From IMG/VR virus record IMGVR_UViG_3300049489_000417, positions 1-59,183 of that record: DNA of 59,183 nt. One strand, given 5' to 3'. Within the stretch, counting starts at the first letter, position 1. The number at the start of each line of letters is the position of its first letter. Shown here one piece after another: positions 9,201 to 17,034 of this stretch. The notes below the pieces were generated by a model. The model saw only the letters and a list, made by a program, of their open reading frames with translations. It made no database searches and had not been told where the DNA came from. Made by a program: the position numbers and the translations under genes. The stretch comes from a virus (taxonomy: Duplodnaviria > Caudoviricetes).

Positions 9201-11397
9201 CGCGCTGTTTGTCATTAAACGCGTCGCCGTATGGTACGTAGTCGTCGTCCCCTTCGGTCCACGGGAACGAATCAACGGTATACGCTTGCGTATTCGGCGG
9301 TCGGTTCTTATTCGCCTTGCGAACGGCTTCCGCTCTGCGGATAGTTCCGTACTTAGCAGGCGTCTTGGCCGCGACACGGCGCAGCTGCTGCTCCAACTCA
9401 GGTAGCGACGACAGTGCGCTGGTCACGATACCAGTGAGTTGCGGCGCTGCCAACCCGAGGTCTGCAAGCTCGTTGCGCTTAGCGTCTCCCTCAGGTCCGC
9501 GGAACTCAAAGACCTGGTTGATACTGTTCGCGAGCTCTGTCTGGAAGTTTGGCAGCGACTCATGAAGGTCTGGATTACTCCAAGACTCTTCTTCGACCAG
9601 CCGCTGGGCCGTGACCGGAGCCTGGCCGTACTCAATATCGTCCCGCTCGCGCGGAACTAGCGGGAGAGTCTGACCAATAGCAGGGTCATTATCAACATCG
9701 TCTTTACCACCAGTTCGCAAATCGCGCCGTACAGCGAGGTCCGCGTCAATAGCCTCGCGGTCCGTCATACCCTCGTCTGTATACCGCGTAGTGGTCGGCA
9801 GCACAGTGGTGTTGAGAGACTGTTTCGGCGTGCTCTTAGCCTTCTCAGCCACCAGGATTTGAATAGCTTCGCGCAACTTACCGGCTGCGTCGCCTTTGAC
9901 GGAGCGAGTGAACACATCCATCTGCTTACCGGCGTGGGCAAGCATCTTGGTGAGATCGTCACCAGCTGCAAGCTTCTCCCGGAACGCCGCGAGCTCCCCC
10001 GCGTAGTGCGTGCGCAGCTTCTCGTCCTTGGCGTGTGTAGCCATAGTGTCGAGGATGAACTCGAGCCCAGCGAGGCGGACCTCAGGGTCGATCTGCTCGT
10101 CACCGATGAGTCCGATAACCTTCTTCGCACGTTTGCCGCTGGTATCGAGGATGTCGTACGCGAAGTTGGTCAGGAAAGGTTTGATGGCTTCCGTGTCGTA
10201 CTTAGCCGCGGCGCCAGCCGCCCTCGCAGTAGCGCCTGCACGTTCGGCGAAGTCAATAGCAGCAGCACTAGCTGCGTCCATCGATGGATCTTCTCTGAAC
10301 GCCGCAAACCGCTCCTTCATAGCCCCGAAGGTGTCAATAGCCGATGCCCGCAGAAGATCGTACGTAGTAGACGAGCGAAGCTTCTCGTCCAGAGTCTTGG
10401 CGCCCTGCTTGGCGAAGTCGAGCGTGCTATTCGACGCGTCAATTACGCTCTCGGCAGCACCGCGTGCAGCGCCGCCCGCACCGGCGATACCAACTCCACC
10501 TGCAGCCTCGGCAGCTGCGGAGTCAACGAGCTCTTTTACGTCGAACCGGCTGGGGTCGATTTCTCCCGTCTCGGCGTACTGAACGGCACCCTGCTCAAGA
10601 GCGTTCTGGGCACCGCCAGTGAGGCCTTCTACACCGATGGCTGCACCACCCGCTTGCGCACCACGCGCGACGACGTTCGTAACCGGATTTGCAGACACGC
10701 CGAGCGTGGTACGCCCAACCTGAGTGAATGGCTTAGCAAGCCACTTAGCGCCTGCGGCAAGCGGAACGTAGTCAAGAGCAGTCTGGGCCAGACCAGCCGC
10801 CGCCGCTGTGCCGAGGTTATCAGTAGCATCGACGCCTGCTTCGCGCATGGCGGCGAGGTTGCCACCAGTCTGCGGCAAGAACGACGCGGCTGCAGCCCCG
10901 GGCATGGCTCTACCAGCAAGAGCTTTGGTCGCGAGCCCGCCACCGGCCATCTGCGCAATCGACGCCGCGCCTGAACCAGAGTTGAACGCGAGCCAGTCAG
11001 TCAGCTTACCCTGCGCAGCAGCTTCCGTGAAGCTGGACACAGACGTATCTACGTTAAACAGTGAGGCTTTATGTGCCTGTTGCTTTTGGAACGTACGAAG
11101 CCCCTGCACGATGGGGTTTTCTTTGCTAGTCAGCCGCTCCGCGGTGGTAGCCAACACATCCGCACCAGCGCCAATAGCACCATAGTTAGCGCTCTCCCAC
11201 CCCTTACCAGGCAGTGTGCTGGCCGCTGCTTCCTGCTTGAGTACAGCGTCCTCGTCAATAAGTGACGGGTAAGCTACAGGCTCTTCTGCTGGAGCTATGT
11301 AAGGTGTGGCGGTGTCTGCTCTTTCCGCCCCCATCTGCTGGGTAAGAAGCTTGTTGTACTCGGCCCCGGCACTGAGGTAGTCGCGGAGAGAAGCCAT
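3205..11397 (-). CDS. giant internal virion/ejection (polyvalent) protein with zincin-like HExxH domain
   Basis: 2730 aa, Ala/Gly-rich N-terminus, mostly helical, HEAAH at 5296-5310, no Cys seen, last gene of virion operon. Confidence 0.8.
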   Translation of the reverse strand: MASLRDYLSAGAEYNKLLTQQMGAERADTATPYIAPAEEPVAYPSLIDEDAVLKQEAAASTLPGKGWESANYGAIGAGADVLATTAERLTSKENPIVQGLRTFQKQQAHKASLFNVDTSVSSFTEAAAQGKLTDWLAFNSGSGAASIAQMAGGGLATKALAGRAMPGAAAASFLPQTGGNLAAMREAGVDATDNLGTAAAAGLAQTALDYVPLAAGAKWLAKPFTQVGRTTLGVSANPVTNVVARGAQAGGAAIGVEGLTGGAQNALEQGAVQYAETGEIDPSRFDVKELVDSAAAEAAGGVGIAGAGGAARGAAESVIDASNSTLDFAKQGAKTLDEKLRSSTTYDLLRASAIDTFGAMKERFAAFREDPSMDAASAAAIDFAERAGATARAAGAAAKYDTEAIKPFLTNFAYDILDTSGKRAKKVIGLIGDEQIDPEVRLAGLEFILDTMATHAKDEKLRTHYAGELAAFREKLAAGDDLTKMLAHAGKQMDVFTRSVKGDAAGKLREAIQILVAEKAKSTPKQSLNTTVLPTTTRYTDEGMTDREAIDADLAVRRDLRTGGKDDVDNDPAIGQTLPLVPRERDDIEYGQAPVTAQRLVEEESWSNPDLHESLPNFQTELANSINQVFEFRGPEGDAKRNELADLGLAAPQLTGIVTSALSSLPELEQQLRRVAAKTPAKYGTIRRAEAVRKANKNRPPNTQAYTVDSFPWTEGDDDYVPYGDAFNDKQREQLQTAIEVATHQAFNKSMPKWMSASLVAQVENSANSRQMAINDYVDNLYNTYADPTATAAAADQESAYVRMPNQRSVLDPQSEARVRQLISKLDPEIQNRVLDALRVHHAKRTTEDRSKKSTPLGEVVSENAAGQHLGYDLDDDERVDTEAGNTSSEAADIVSDGGVDFDLRNTVPSALIGAKLPQIARAVTTTSATVGKAGSKAAQARYNDLASLATVSGYQLVNRVIPPSTKAYDRRKSMFTKLLTIAQKAGEQAISAATSGLPAEAVRSINEAMKTPRFDAAKFSSFVGDWSLLAALEDDAGFADWDQGKDVIKFLRKHPSFVRVVVANSVITKALNGNDSGDLAEAAKWTRVPVYGNQGAKGEVVTGMNEADLLVMQERYPSLGQFIPAIVSRLMHGKDIATASHSQKVAILTELLGIGKDHLPEVDGDDLTNRNIAVADLVEINGGALGTVRSLFDVAGSGASSKFLFLNSNGYRLNDLVDEVKRTPEALDIISELTWENPAHFVQQVSNAVRGVFGGNANKVTIAQAVYRGYQMVAKDKRPPVDEVISGYRENVGEMGDMHGWTTRALRIALGGDAKGVEDSIVELSKVIQSGNRLNRDFNTGMEAYASSMAAQFRRALERRKPVKSPRKELDAAQAKRDELVKQRDAAEAGDKPDYERSQRISEEIRALDKVIKPLKTLADPAAAAANPEDKFSRIAKRGVDAEKEADKKLAGLKNKYVVGTSNFDDDAKNAIDELSAEMLADPSGLEESDLLAHAMLYEYMAEYYRGLDSEPATPEGDISAKEYGYNVNNIFDTAAWFEENETARNSRPKTVARTGSRPRNAKVSADGLEFLSAFGDPDTTDISHGAYDLADRPFELRRMLMDPLRNTVGDLKLVRQAMAAMVAKAEKVGAALPKSLVTVFKDQRPQVMQDIAKLEPEQRIAVRALVQLGAEKLNQEMRGIIHDLANDVSFLHGSILMLPYGQQLLAVRDAYAAEKSAEMMAKLVGKKTYARDRSPGALETKPVPLKDVAPLTRETGTSELYEQAQRDAYAALSAMAKAEVAPTPKDSGVQKLLDSEVADAKRQAAIRQNQGITHDPKKAPAAPIGTSEVKQSDAMLMTPELRESAIAGLKKRLVNANGERVREIEAQIDALQATPVHAEVTAARLRAAEKIKAGSDKTTVAAALKAELKRIVGDPEQHNPRVGVHRAGQIGEGKPSLAQLAQKNRSVVTAKRKQSLNTGEATEAEVNEIKTTDDALKYASTFVDKLLGEWNRGVEITSDPTKAGEIVTDTQVIQFSTAAASLDGVLTHEAAHRMVTGIRNRADAGNATAKRIIGTLDRASSTVWLQSQIAKHFEGHPNAEKISAAMRRDVDERIAYAIELAAQGKITLGDNSAGVVNKVLKFLRWAFRLTSENMRFENFAKSFISGDMAKTGWSMDSVDKQFGYRQLDSIVERATKALAPVAEALRQVFRSAEVSALALADKYNVPELRQLVKMYADKTTGLTYVRIRENRRLRADYDLYKEKFGTDAVTAALKGLLDGQPANDDATKELRKVMTTIKDFHGDWDDLPPVYDYAAINKDSAAWNADVLEFGRRDANLTLDQIVDNKAVMPGLKSSKMFTKPALEQKWRQYDPDLYFGALIDRAVQHRVMPKEVVEKAEALVAAIKKQGNARVGAAAKTFFDAQHGRIGSDMDPKVRKLMANISVATNLATLPLALFASLVEPFAIAARSGNFGDIIPAYIAGMSAFPKTIGSLGGPVQLSEDELYAVHAGILEHTVNMESMGDLFIGENASGLARKASKVFFKWNMLDGWSRQMRVAASVAGRGFVERHAKDATWKTGDESTRYLEELGLTKDDVDGKIDWGSKKIMNAVAAFADSAAVRPNEVNTAPWMHDPHWMLFAHMKRFTMAFQDVILSRAFTEYMEHSNATPLMILLASTPFAYGSGVLKHTLTGSDYIDKMTTGEAMVYSIKKASLLGTSEWGLGAVNDPAFALSPALNLATDSIAKLKAA

Positions 11398-11399
11398 AT

Positions 11400-13172
11400 T
11401 TACTCCCTTGGCAAGTCGGTGTTCATCTGCTTCTTCAGTATGTCCGGAAGCGATTTCGGAGCGACTATTGTATTACCGTTCGGCAACTGCACGACGAGCT
11501 TATCCTTATTGTTCGGATCAGGCATAACGACGTAGTTCTGCGAGTCGGGCAAGTGCACCGGCAGCGTGTCTCTGTAGCTACGAACTCCCTCATGCGCCGC
11601 GAGGCCCGCCACCGCGCCAGCAGCAACTGGGGCCGCAGTGGTGACAGCGGCTTTACCTCCTTGCCATGCCTTGGCAATACCTTTGGCGTTAGTAAACGCT
11701 TCTTTGGCCTGCTTGAACTTACCTCTCCGCAGCGCGACCGCGCCCGTAACACCGGCTGCACCCAAAGCGGCAGCACCGCCCCAGAACTTGGCCCAGTTAT
11801 CGTCGGGGTTAGCCATGAACTCGCGGACCGCGGCACTATTCCCCTGCTGCTGCGCTATACGCGCGAGGATATGCGGCTTGTCAGCGAAGTCGGCAAGATC
11901 TTTAGGAACAACCGTCCTGCCATCCGGAGCCACGTCGGCATACGTACCAATCTCTTTAGCAATCTGCGCCATCTGCGCTTGATTACCGGCAGCTTGAGCT
12001 TTGTTCCACTGCTCCTGAAGACCAGAAACGTGCGACGAAATGGTGTTGGCCGCAACTTCCGGCGCTACTTTCATGCGCTCCAACACCGAAAGTACATGGG
12101 TCCTGTTACCCTGCTTGAGCGCGCGCGCGTCGTCAGCCGCTTTTGAGAGCGCGTCACTAGAGCCCTTAGCCGAAGCGACGCGCATGGCATACTGCTCTGC
12201 AGCGAGCTCTCTGGCAATCTGCGGGTCCCACTTGGCCATACCAAGCCGACGAACCTTGTTCTCGTCCTCAAGGTCACTGATTCGCCGCGCCTCCTCTGCT
12301 TTGTACCTCGCCCGCAACTCTGGATCCGTACCATCGCCATGCAGCGAGTTACCGACGCGGATCATCCCTGACGTCTTGTTAGGATCACCATGCCCGGTGT
12401 TGACGTACCGCTTTATGGCGTCACTAGGTACGCCTGCGCCTTCCATCAAGCGGAGTGTAGCGTCGTCGTACGGGTTCTCATCGGCAGCGGGCTTGGCAGC
12501 TTGGGTAGCTTGGGCAGCTTGGGTAGCTTGGGTAGCTTGGGTAGCTTGGGTAGCAGGAGGGGCGGGCTTAACAAATGCCCCTTCGCCGTGGATATCCTTA
12601 ATGCGTTTGTCTAGCTGCCTGCGGAGTCCAGCGTCGAAATTACCAAAACTACCCACCCTAACAATATCGTCAAAGACGCCTGCGCCTGCAGAACCTATGT
12701 CGTACACCGCCTCCATGAAACCAGGCGGGGCGAACGTCTGCTTAGCAGCCTCCGGAGTGAACTTGTACTTACCAGCGTCCTCGGCAATTTTAGCACCGAG
12801 GTCCAGCGCTATCATCGGTCCGACTGCACCTCTAGCCAATTCTCTAGCTCTGACTGCGGAAGGCCTACCTTCGAGTCCACCAGACATTGTGCCGCCCGCC
12901 ATCGGCGAGCCGGTCGGATTTGGGGAGTTGTGCTTGAGAAACTCTTCAGGGTCGAGAAACACACCCTCATTTGCGTGAAGACGCTTTTCGCCGCCGAGCT
13001 TTACTTCCTTCCACACACCGCCCGGCTTCTTGCCGTTGGTCTCAGCGATTAGCCGCTCGACTGCCTTGGCACCGCCCATCGCTTCGACTGTCTTGACAGG
13101 CAGCACAGCCTCGCCTGCTGTAAGCATCGCGGGGACTTTATCTACGCCCTTTGGGCCTTTGACGAGCGACAT
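11400..13172 (-). CDS. internal virion/ejection protein
   Basis: 590 aa; N-terminal GPKGVDKVPAMLTAGEAVLP motif seen in injected/tape-measure-type proteins; Gly/Ala hydrophobic C-terminal segments. Confidence 0.7.
   Translation of the reverse strand: MSLVKGPKGVDKVPAMLTAGEAVLPVKTVEAMGGAKAVERLIAETNGKKPGGVWKEVKLGGEKRLHANEGVFLDPEEFLKHNSPNPTGSPMAGGTMSGGLEGRPSAVRARELARGAVGPMIALDLGAKIAEDAGKYKFTPEAAKQTFAPPGFMEAVYDIGSAGAGVFDDIVRVGSFGNFDAGLRRQLDKRIKDIHGEGAFVKPAPPATQATQATQATQAAQATQAAKPAADENPYDDATLRLMEGAGVPSDAIKRYVNTGHGDPNKTSGMIRVGNSLHGDGTDPELRARYKAEEARRISDLEDENKVRRLGMAKWDPQIARELAAEQYAMRVASAKGSSDALSKAADDARALKQGNRTHVLSVLERMKVAPEVAANTISSHVSGLQEQWNKAQAAGNQAQMAQIAKEIGTYADVAPDGRTVVPKDLADFADKPHILARIAQQQGNSAAVREFMANPDDNWAKFWGGAAALGAAGVTGAVALRRGKFKQAKEAFTNAKGIAKAWQGGKAAVTTAAPVAAGAVAGLAAHEGVRSYRDTLPVHLPDSQNYVVMPDPNNKDKLVVQLPNGNTIVAPKSLPDILKKQMNTDLPRE
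12498..12554. repeat. 9-bp in-frame tandem repeat (AGCTTGGGY x6) encoding (QAT)n linker
   Basis: Directly visible. Confidence 0.95.
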
Positions 13173-13205
13173 GGCGTTATCTCCTGGTTACTGAGGCATT
13201 ATATA

Positions 13206-15170
13206 TCACGGGACGTAGATACAAGCCATCTCTTCGAATACGAACGATCCATCGTCGGGGCCACCTTGGGCATAGTACCCAGGACTACCTTTCGGTTTCG
13301 AGGGGTCGACTACGCCGAACAACTGCGTCCTGTCGTCCTTAATGTCATACCGCGTCCACCCACTACCGGATAGCTGAAAGAACGCTTTGACCGGTGTAGA
13401 TCCAGCACCAGATAACGTAGTACCCCCGGAAAATACGGATCCTTGATTAGACGCCGGTATAAACTCTTTAGCAACCCAACTATGGGCCAAGTTAGCCACA
13501 CACACCAACATACGTTCGCCATCTGCGGATACACCGATACTCGCGCAACCCCCGGATGGTTTGTCCCAGCCGAGTGGGCGGTCCACCTCGGCGACAGACG
13601 TGTAAAACCTGGCGTTAGTGGTTATGCTCCCGGCACGGTTAGCTGCAAAATCTCTCAGCGTGCTGTAGTTTCCGATGTACACGCCGAAATCATTGGTCGC
13701 CACTGTAGGCAACTGACCGAAGTTCGCCCCCGGCCCCGTGTAAGGGGTAGTCGATACATCCGGCGGTGCATTTGGATTCCCGTGACCCACCGTTGACGTA
13801 ATGTTTACGTTGCCGCTGAGCGTCCCAAGGCTGGCCGTTATTAGCTGACTAGGGGTGCTTATGTATAGCGTGGTAGTCGTTGTGCCGGAGCCTACGTACG
13901 TAGTAGACGACTCCAACATAGTCGTAGTCACCGTGCCTGTATTTACAGTCGCTATAAATCCGTATATCTCCGCGTCTACATTGCCGTAAAATAGCGAAGC
14001 ATTAGACGGTACAACTATCTTCCGCCCTGACTGGGTAGTGATCACCCCACCTACATTCTTTATGTACCGCAGCTCCCCCCTGGAGTATCCATGGTATGTA
14101 ACACCTGTGGGGAGCGGCGGCGATTCTGGACTGGTTAGCGGGTCGTTATTCTTGAACACAACGTCCCGCTCTGTGACTGGGTTAGGGAACACAGAGTTAG
14201 GCGGGGATACCGCTAGCTCAGATGTGGCGTCAGATGCGATAAGTCGCTTTATTGTAAACGACCCATCAGGCGCGCCGACAGGGCCTGCGGCAAAGAACCC
14301 CGCGTAGTGGTTCCTAGCTATAGACTGCCCTAACCTATCCTCACCAGGGTTGTATTCGAAGTAGCGACTGGACGCGTATACCGTACTAACGTTCGGGGCA
14401 CTTATTGTGTATTGATCGTAGAACGCCCGCACTACCTTTGTATCTTCGATCCGCAGAACAGCCTGGACGAACGTAGTGCCGGAGAAATTATGGAATACGT
14501 GCAAAACCCGCTGCATTCCGCTAGGAATCTCGTCAGCCCCGCCTGGTTGCGGCTTATTGTCTACGTACCCAACAACAGCTGTCATGGGCTGCACAGTAAG
14601 CGCAGGATTTACGTACAAAGTAAGTGGCTCCTGCCCATTAACTAAAATCTTCGGTGCGCCGTAATATGTAATAGTGCCAGCCGCGTCTTTTCCTAAGTTG
14701 TACTCACCGACGGTGTTCCTAGAGCCATCCCGAATACCGAAGTGTGACGACACATATATGTCTTTACTAACCCAATGATGACTGAAATACCCTATGCGGT
14801 CGGTGTCTGTGAATGAGTACTTAGTTACGCCGCCGCCCGAGGCGCTGATCGCCAAAGAACGTCTGCGAAACGCCCCCGGCGAATACTCATGGTGCGTCGC
14901 TGTAAACTTATTAGCGTCGCCATACCATGACCCAGTCTTCGGTACAACGTGAGTTCTGCCTACGTACAGAATAGTCAGGTCACTTATAACTTGGACAGTC
15001 TTTGTATCGTCCTCCATAGACACAACCACGTTCCTGGTATGGTCGGGCCCTTTTATGCTCAGCAGCCGGCGGTAATCGCCGTCGTCATCCGCGTTTAGCG
15101 TCATTCCGTCGGCCAAAACGCACGCCTCCATGTCCCCCCGACCGGCGGCGATATATCTGCGTTCCGGCAT
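13206..15170 (-). CDS. virion structural protein (beta-rich, tail-associated)
   Basis: Likely start MPERRY at 15170 just after upstream stop; Ser/Thr/Gly-rich. Confidence 0.7.
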   Translation of the reverse strand: MPERRYIAAGRGDMEACVLADGMTLNADDDGDYRRLLSIKGPDHTRNVVVSMEDDTKTVQVISDLTILYVGRTHVVPKTGSWYGDANKFTATHHEYSPGAFRRRSLAISASGGGVTKYSFTDTDRIGYFSHHWVSKDIYVSSHFGIRDGSRNTVGEYNLGKDAAGTITYYGAPKILVNGQEPLTLYVNPALTVQPMTAVVGYVDNKPQPGGADEIPSGMQRVLHVFHNFSGTTFVQAVLRIEDTKVVRAFYDQYTISAPNVSTVYASSRYFEYNPGEDRLGQSIARNHYAGFFAAGPVGAPDGSFTIKRLIASDATSELAVSPPNSVFPNPVTERDVVFKNNDPLTSPESPPLPTGVTYHGYSRGELRYIKNVGGVITTQSGRKIVVPSNASLFYGNVDAEIYGFIATVNTGTVTTTMLESSTTYVGSGTTTTTLYISTPSQLITASLGTLSGNVNITSTVGHGNPNAPPDVSTTPYTGPGANFGQLPTVATNDFGVYIGNYSTLRDFAANRAGSITTNARFYTSVAEVDRPLGWDKPSGGCASIGVSADGERMLVCVANLAHSWVAKEFIPASNQGSVFSGGTTLSGAGSTPVKAFFQLSGSGWTRYDIKDDRTQLFGVVDPSKPKGSPGYYAQGGPDDGSFVFEEMACIYVP

Positions 15171-15171
15171 A

Positions 15172-17034
15172 TTACGGGTTAGTCTGCGCAGAGCTGGTGC
15201 CAGACAGCGACTTGATCTCTGCCGAGATACCCACAGCCTGCTTGAACAACCCACTCATGTACTGGAGCATGGACGAAGCGATCTTGTCGTTGTACTGCAT
15301 CAACACGGTGTTCGACTCGCGAATCTCGCGGTACTTCTCGATAGCTGTCTTCATACGGGCATCAGCCTTACGGATAGCGACCTCACGCTCGTGCTTGCTG
15401 TAGTCATACTCCTGACCACGACGCTGCAGCTCGATCTCGGCGTTCTTCGCCCACGCATCTACGCGACCGCGGTAGACGTCAATCTGCGCCTTGGCAGACA
15501 AGGACTGCGCTTCAATACCGGCCTTGTACGCGCTGATGCGCCCCTCAAGTGCTTGGACCTTGCCGGCGTTCGACTTGACCACTGAGTCGACCTCAGCAAC
15601 CTTCGCCTGCACCCGCGTCTTGTACACGTCTACAAGCGCGCCGTATGCCTTCACTTCCGATTCATAGCCGTTGATGCGAGCGACGTCGCCTTCGATCCTT
15701 GCCTTATACGCCTGAAGCTCTGTGCTCTTGGCCTGGGCCCTCGCGGAGTACGCCTCGACTTGCAGCTTGTACATCTCGAGCTTGGACTTCTCAGTCTGCA
15801 GTTTGGCGACGTATGCGTCGAGCCGCAGTCGCTGCATGTTGACGAACTGCGCAGCCGCATTGACACGCGCTGTGTAGATCTCTATCTGGTCCTTCTTGAT
15901 GCCGGACTCGAGCTTAGCCGCCTCAAGGCGCACTTTCGCAGCCTCGATGGGGGCGAGAGCTGCCTTGAGCCGCGTATCGTACGCATCTGCTTGGACCTTC
16001 AGTCTGGCGACCTTCGAATTGAACTCAGCGCTCTTGATGCTGTAGACCGCTGCGGCCATCTCAATGGTGGCGGTCTTTGCCTTGAGCATGCGCTCCATGT
16101 ACGAGCCATAGATATTAGACAGCAGCCCCTCCAGCTTCTGCGACTCCTGGATGGTGAACTTGCGGTTCTCCACGTACATATCCGCGCGCTTGGTGGCGAT
16201 ATCGCGGGACAAGTCGCTCATCCTCTCCGTAGCTACACGGCGTGCCTCGGCGATGCGGGCGGAGTGAGCACCAGTAGGGGCTACGAAGCCCTTGGCTGCG
16301 CTCTCACGGATGATTTCCTGCACGTTGGCGTCGAGGTTGCGGAACTCGCGCTCTCGCGCACGCGCCCACAGGGCCTGCTCATCCGCGGGTTCGATACCGT
16401 AGCCGCCGTTAAGCATGTCGTACATCAGCTTCGTGCTTGTGTTCTGCAGCAGCTCAGACGTGTACATCTGCTCACTGTATGAGAAGTCGGGAATGACCGG
16501 GATAGCCACGTCCAGCTCGGTATCGAGTTCAAGCGTAGGGATCTCCGGTATCGGCATAACCGGGATGTATGTCTCTGAAATGACTGGAACGGGGATGCTC
16601 TCGGGGTCGTAGAGCGTAGGCGCGTTCTCGAAGTTCAGCGTCGGCTCAACCGCCGTGAGCGCCGCAAGCGGGTCTGGGAAGTCGTACGTGCCGATACTGG
16701 GGGCATCTTTTGTAAACGGCCCGGGCTCTGCGCCGGTAACAAGCGCCGGTACAGCGTCTTGCTGGAGCGTAGAATCGAACCCACCGGCACTGATGGTGAC
16801 GTTCGTGGGGGCCGGCGGCGCAGAAGTAATTTCGTTAGCGCGGAACGTCGGAAGGGCCGGTGACGCGTAGTCAAACAGGTAGCTGAATTGCTCGACGTCT
16901 TCGCGCATATCGAGCGCGGCTTGACTGACATTGCCGAGAAACTCGTTAAGTTGGTCTTGCGCCTGCAGGATGTACTCGAGGGCGGTTGTCTGGATCTTCT
17001 CCGCGCCAGTAAGGGACGGTGTTGTATTCGCCAT
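15172..17034 (-). CDS. virion protein with long coiled-coil (tail/ejection apparatus)
   Basis: 620 aa; Pro-rich segment then long Y/K/A helical repeats. Confidence 0.75.
   Translation of the reverse strand: MANTTPSLTGAEKIQTTALEYILQAQDQLNEFLGNVSQAALDMREDVEQFSYLFDYASPALPTFRANEITSAPPAPTNVTISAGGFDSTLQQDAVPALVTGAEPGPFTKDAPSIGTYDFPDPLAALTAVEPTLNFENAPTLYDPESIPVPVISETYIPVMPIPEIPTLELDTELDVAIPVIPDFSYSEQMYTSELLQNTSTKLMYDMLNGGYGIEPADEQALWARAREREFRNLDANVQEIIRESAAKGFVAPTGAHSARIAEARRVATERMSDLSRDIATKRADMYVENRKFTIQESQKLEGLLSNIYGSYMERMLKAKTATIEMAAAVYSIKSAEFNSKVARLKVQADAYDTRLKAALAPIEAAKVRLEAAKLESGIKKDQIEIYTARVNAAAQFVNMQRLRLDAYVAKLQTEKSKLEMYKLQVEAYSARAQAKSTELQAYKARIEGDVARINGYESEVKAYGALVDVYKTRVQAKVAEVDSVVKSNAGKVQALEGRISAYKAGIEAQSLSAKAQIDVYRGRVDAWAKNAEIELQRRGQEYDYSKHEREVAIRKADARMKTAIEKYREIRESNTVLMQYNDKIASSMLQYMSGLFKQAVGISAEIKSLSGTSSAQTNP

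Noticed and set aside
3205-11397. N4-like virion RNA polymerase
   Set aside because: I could not find T7-type polymerase motifs or a DxDGD motif; not excluded without structure prediction
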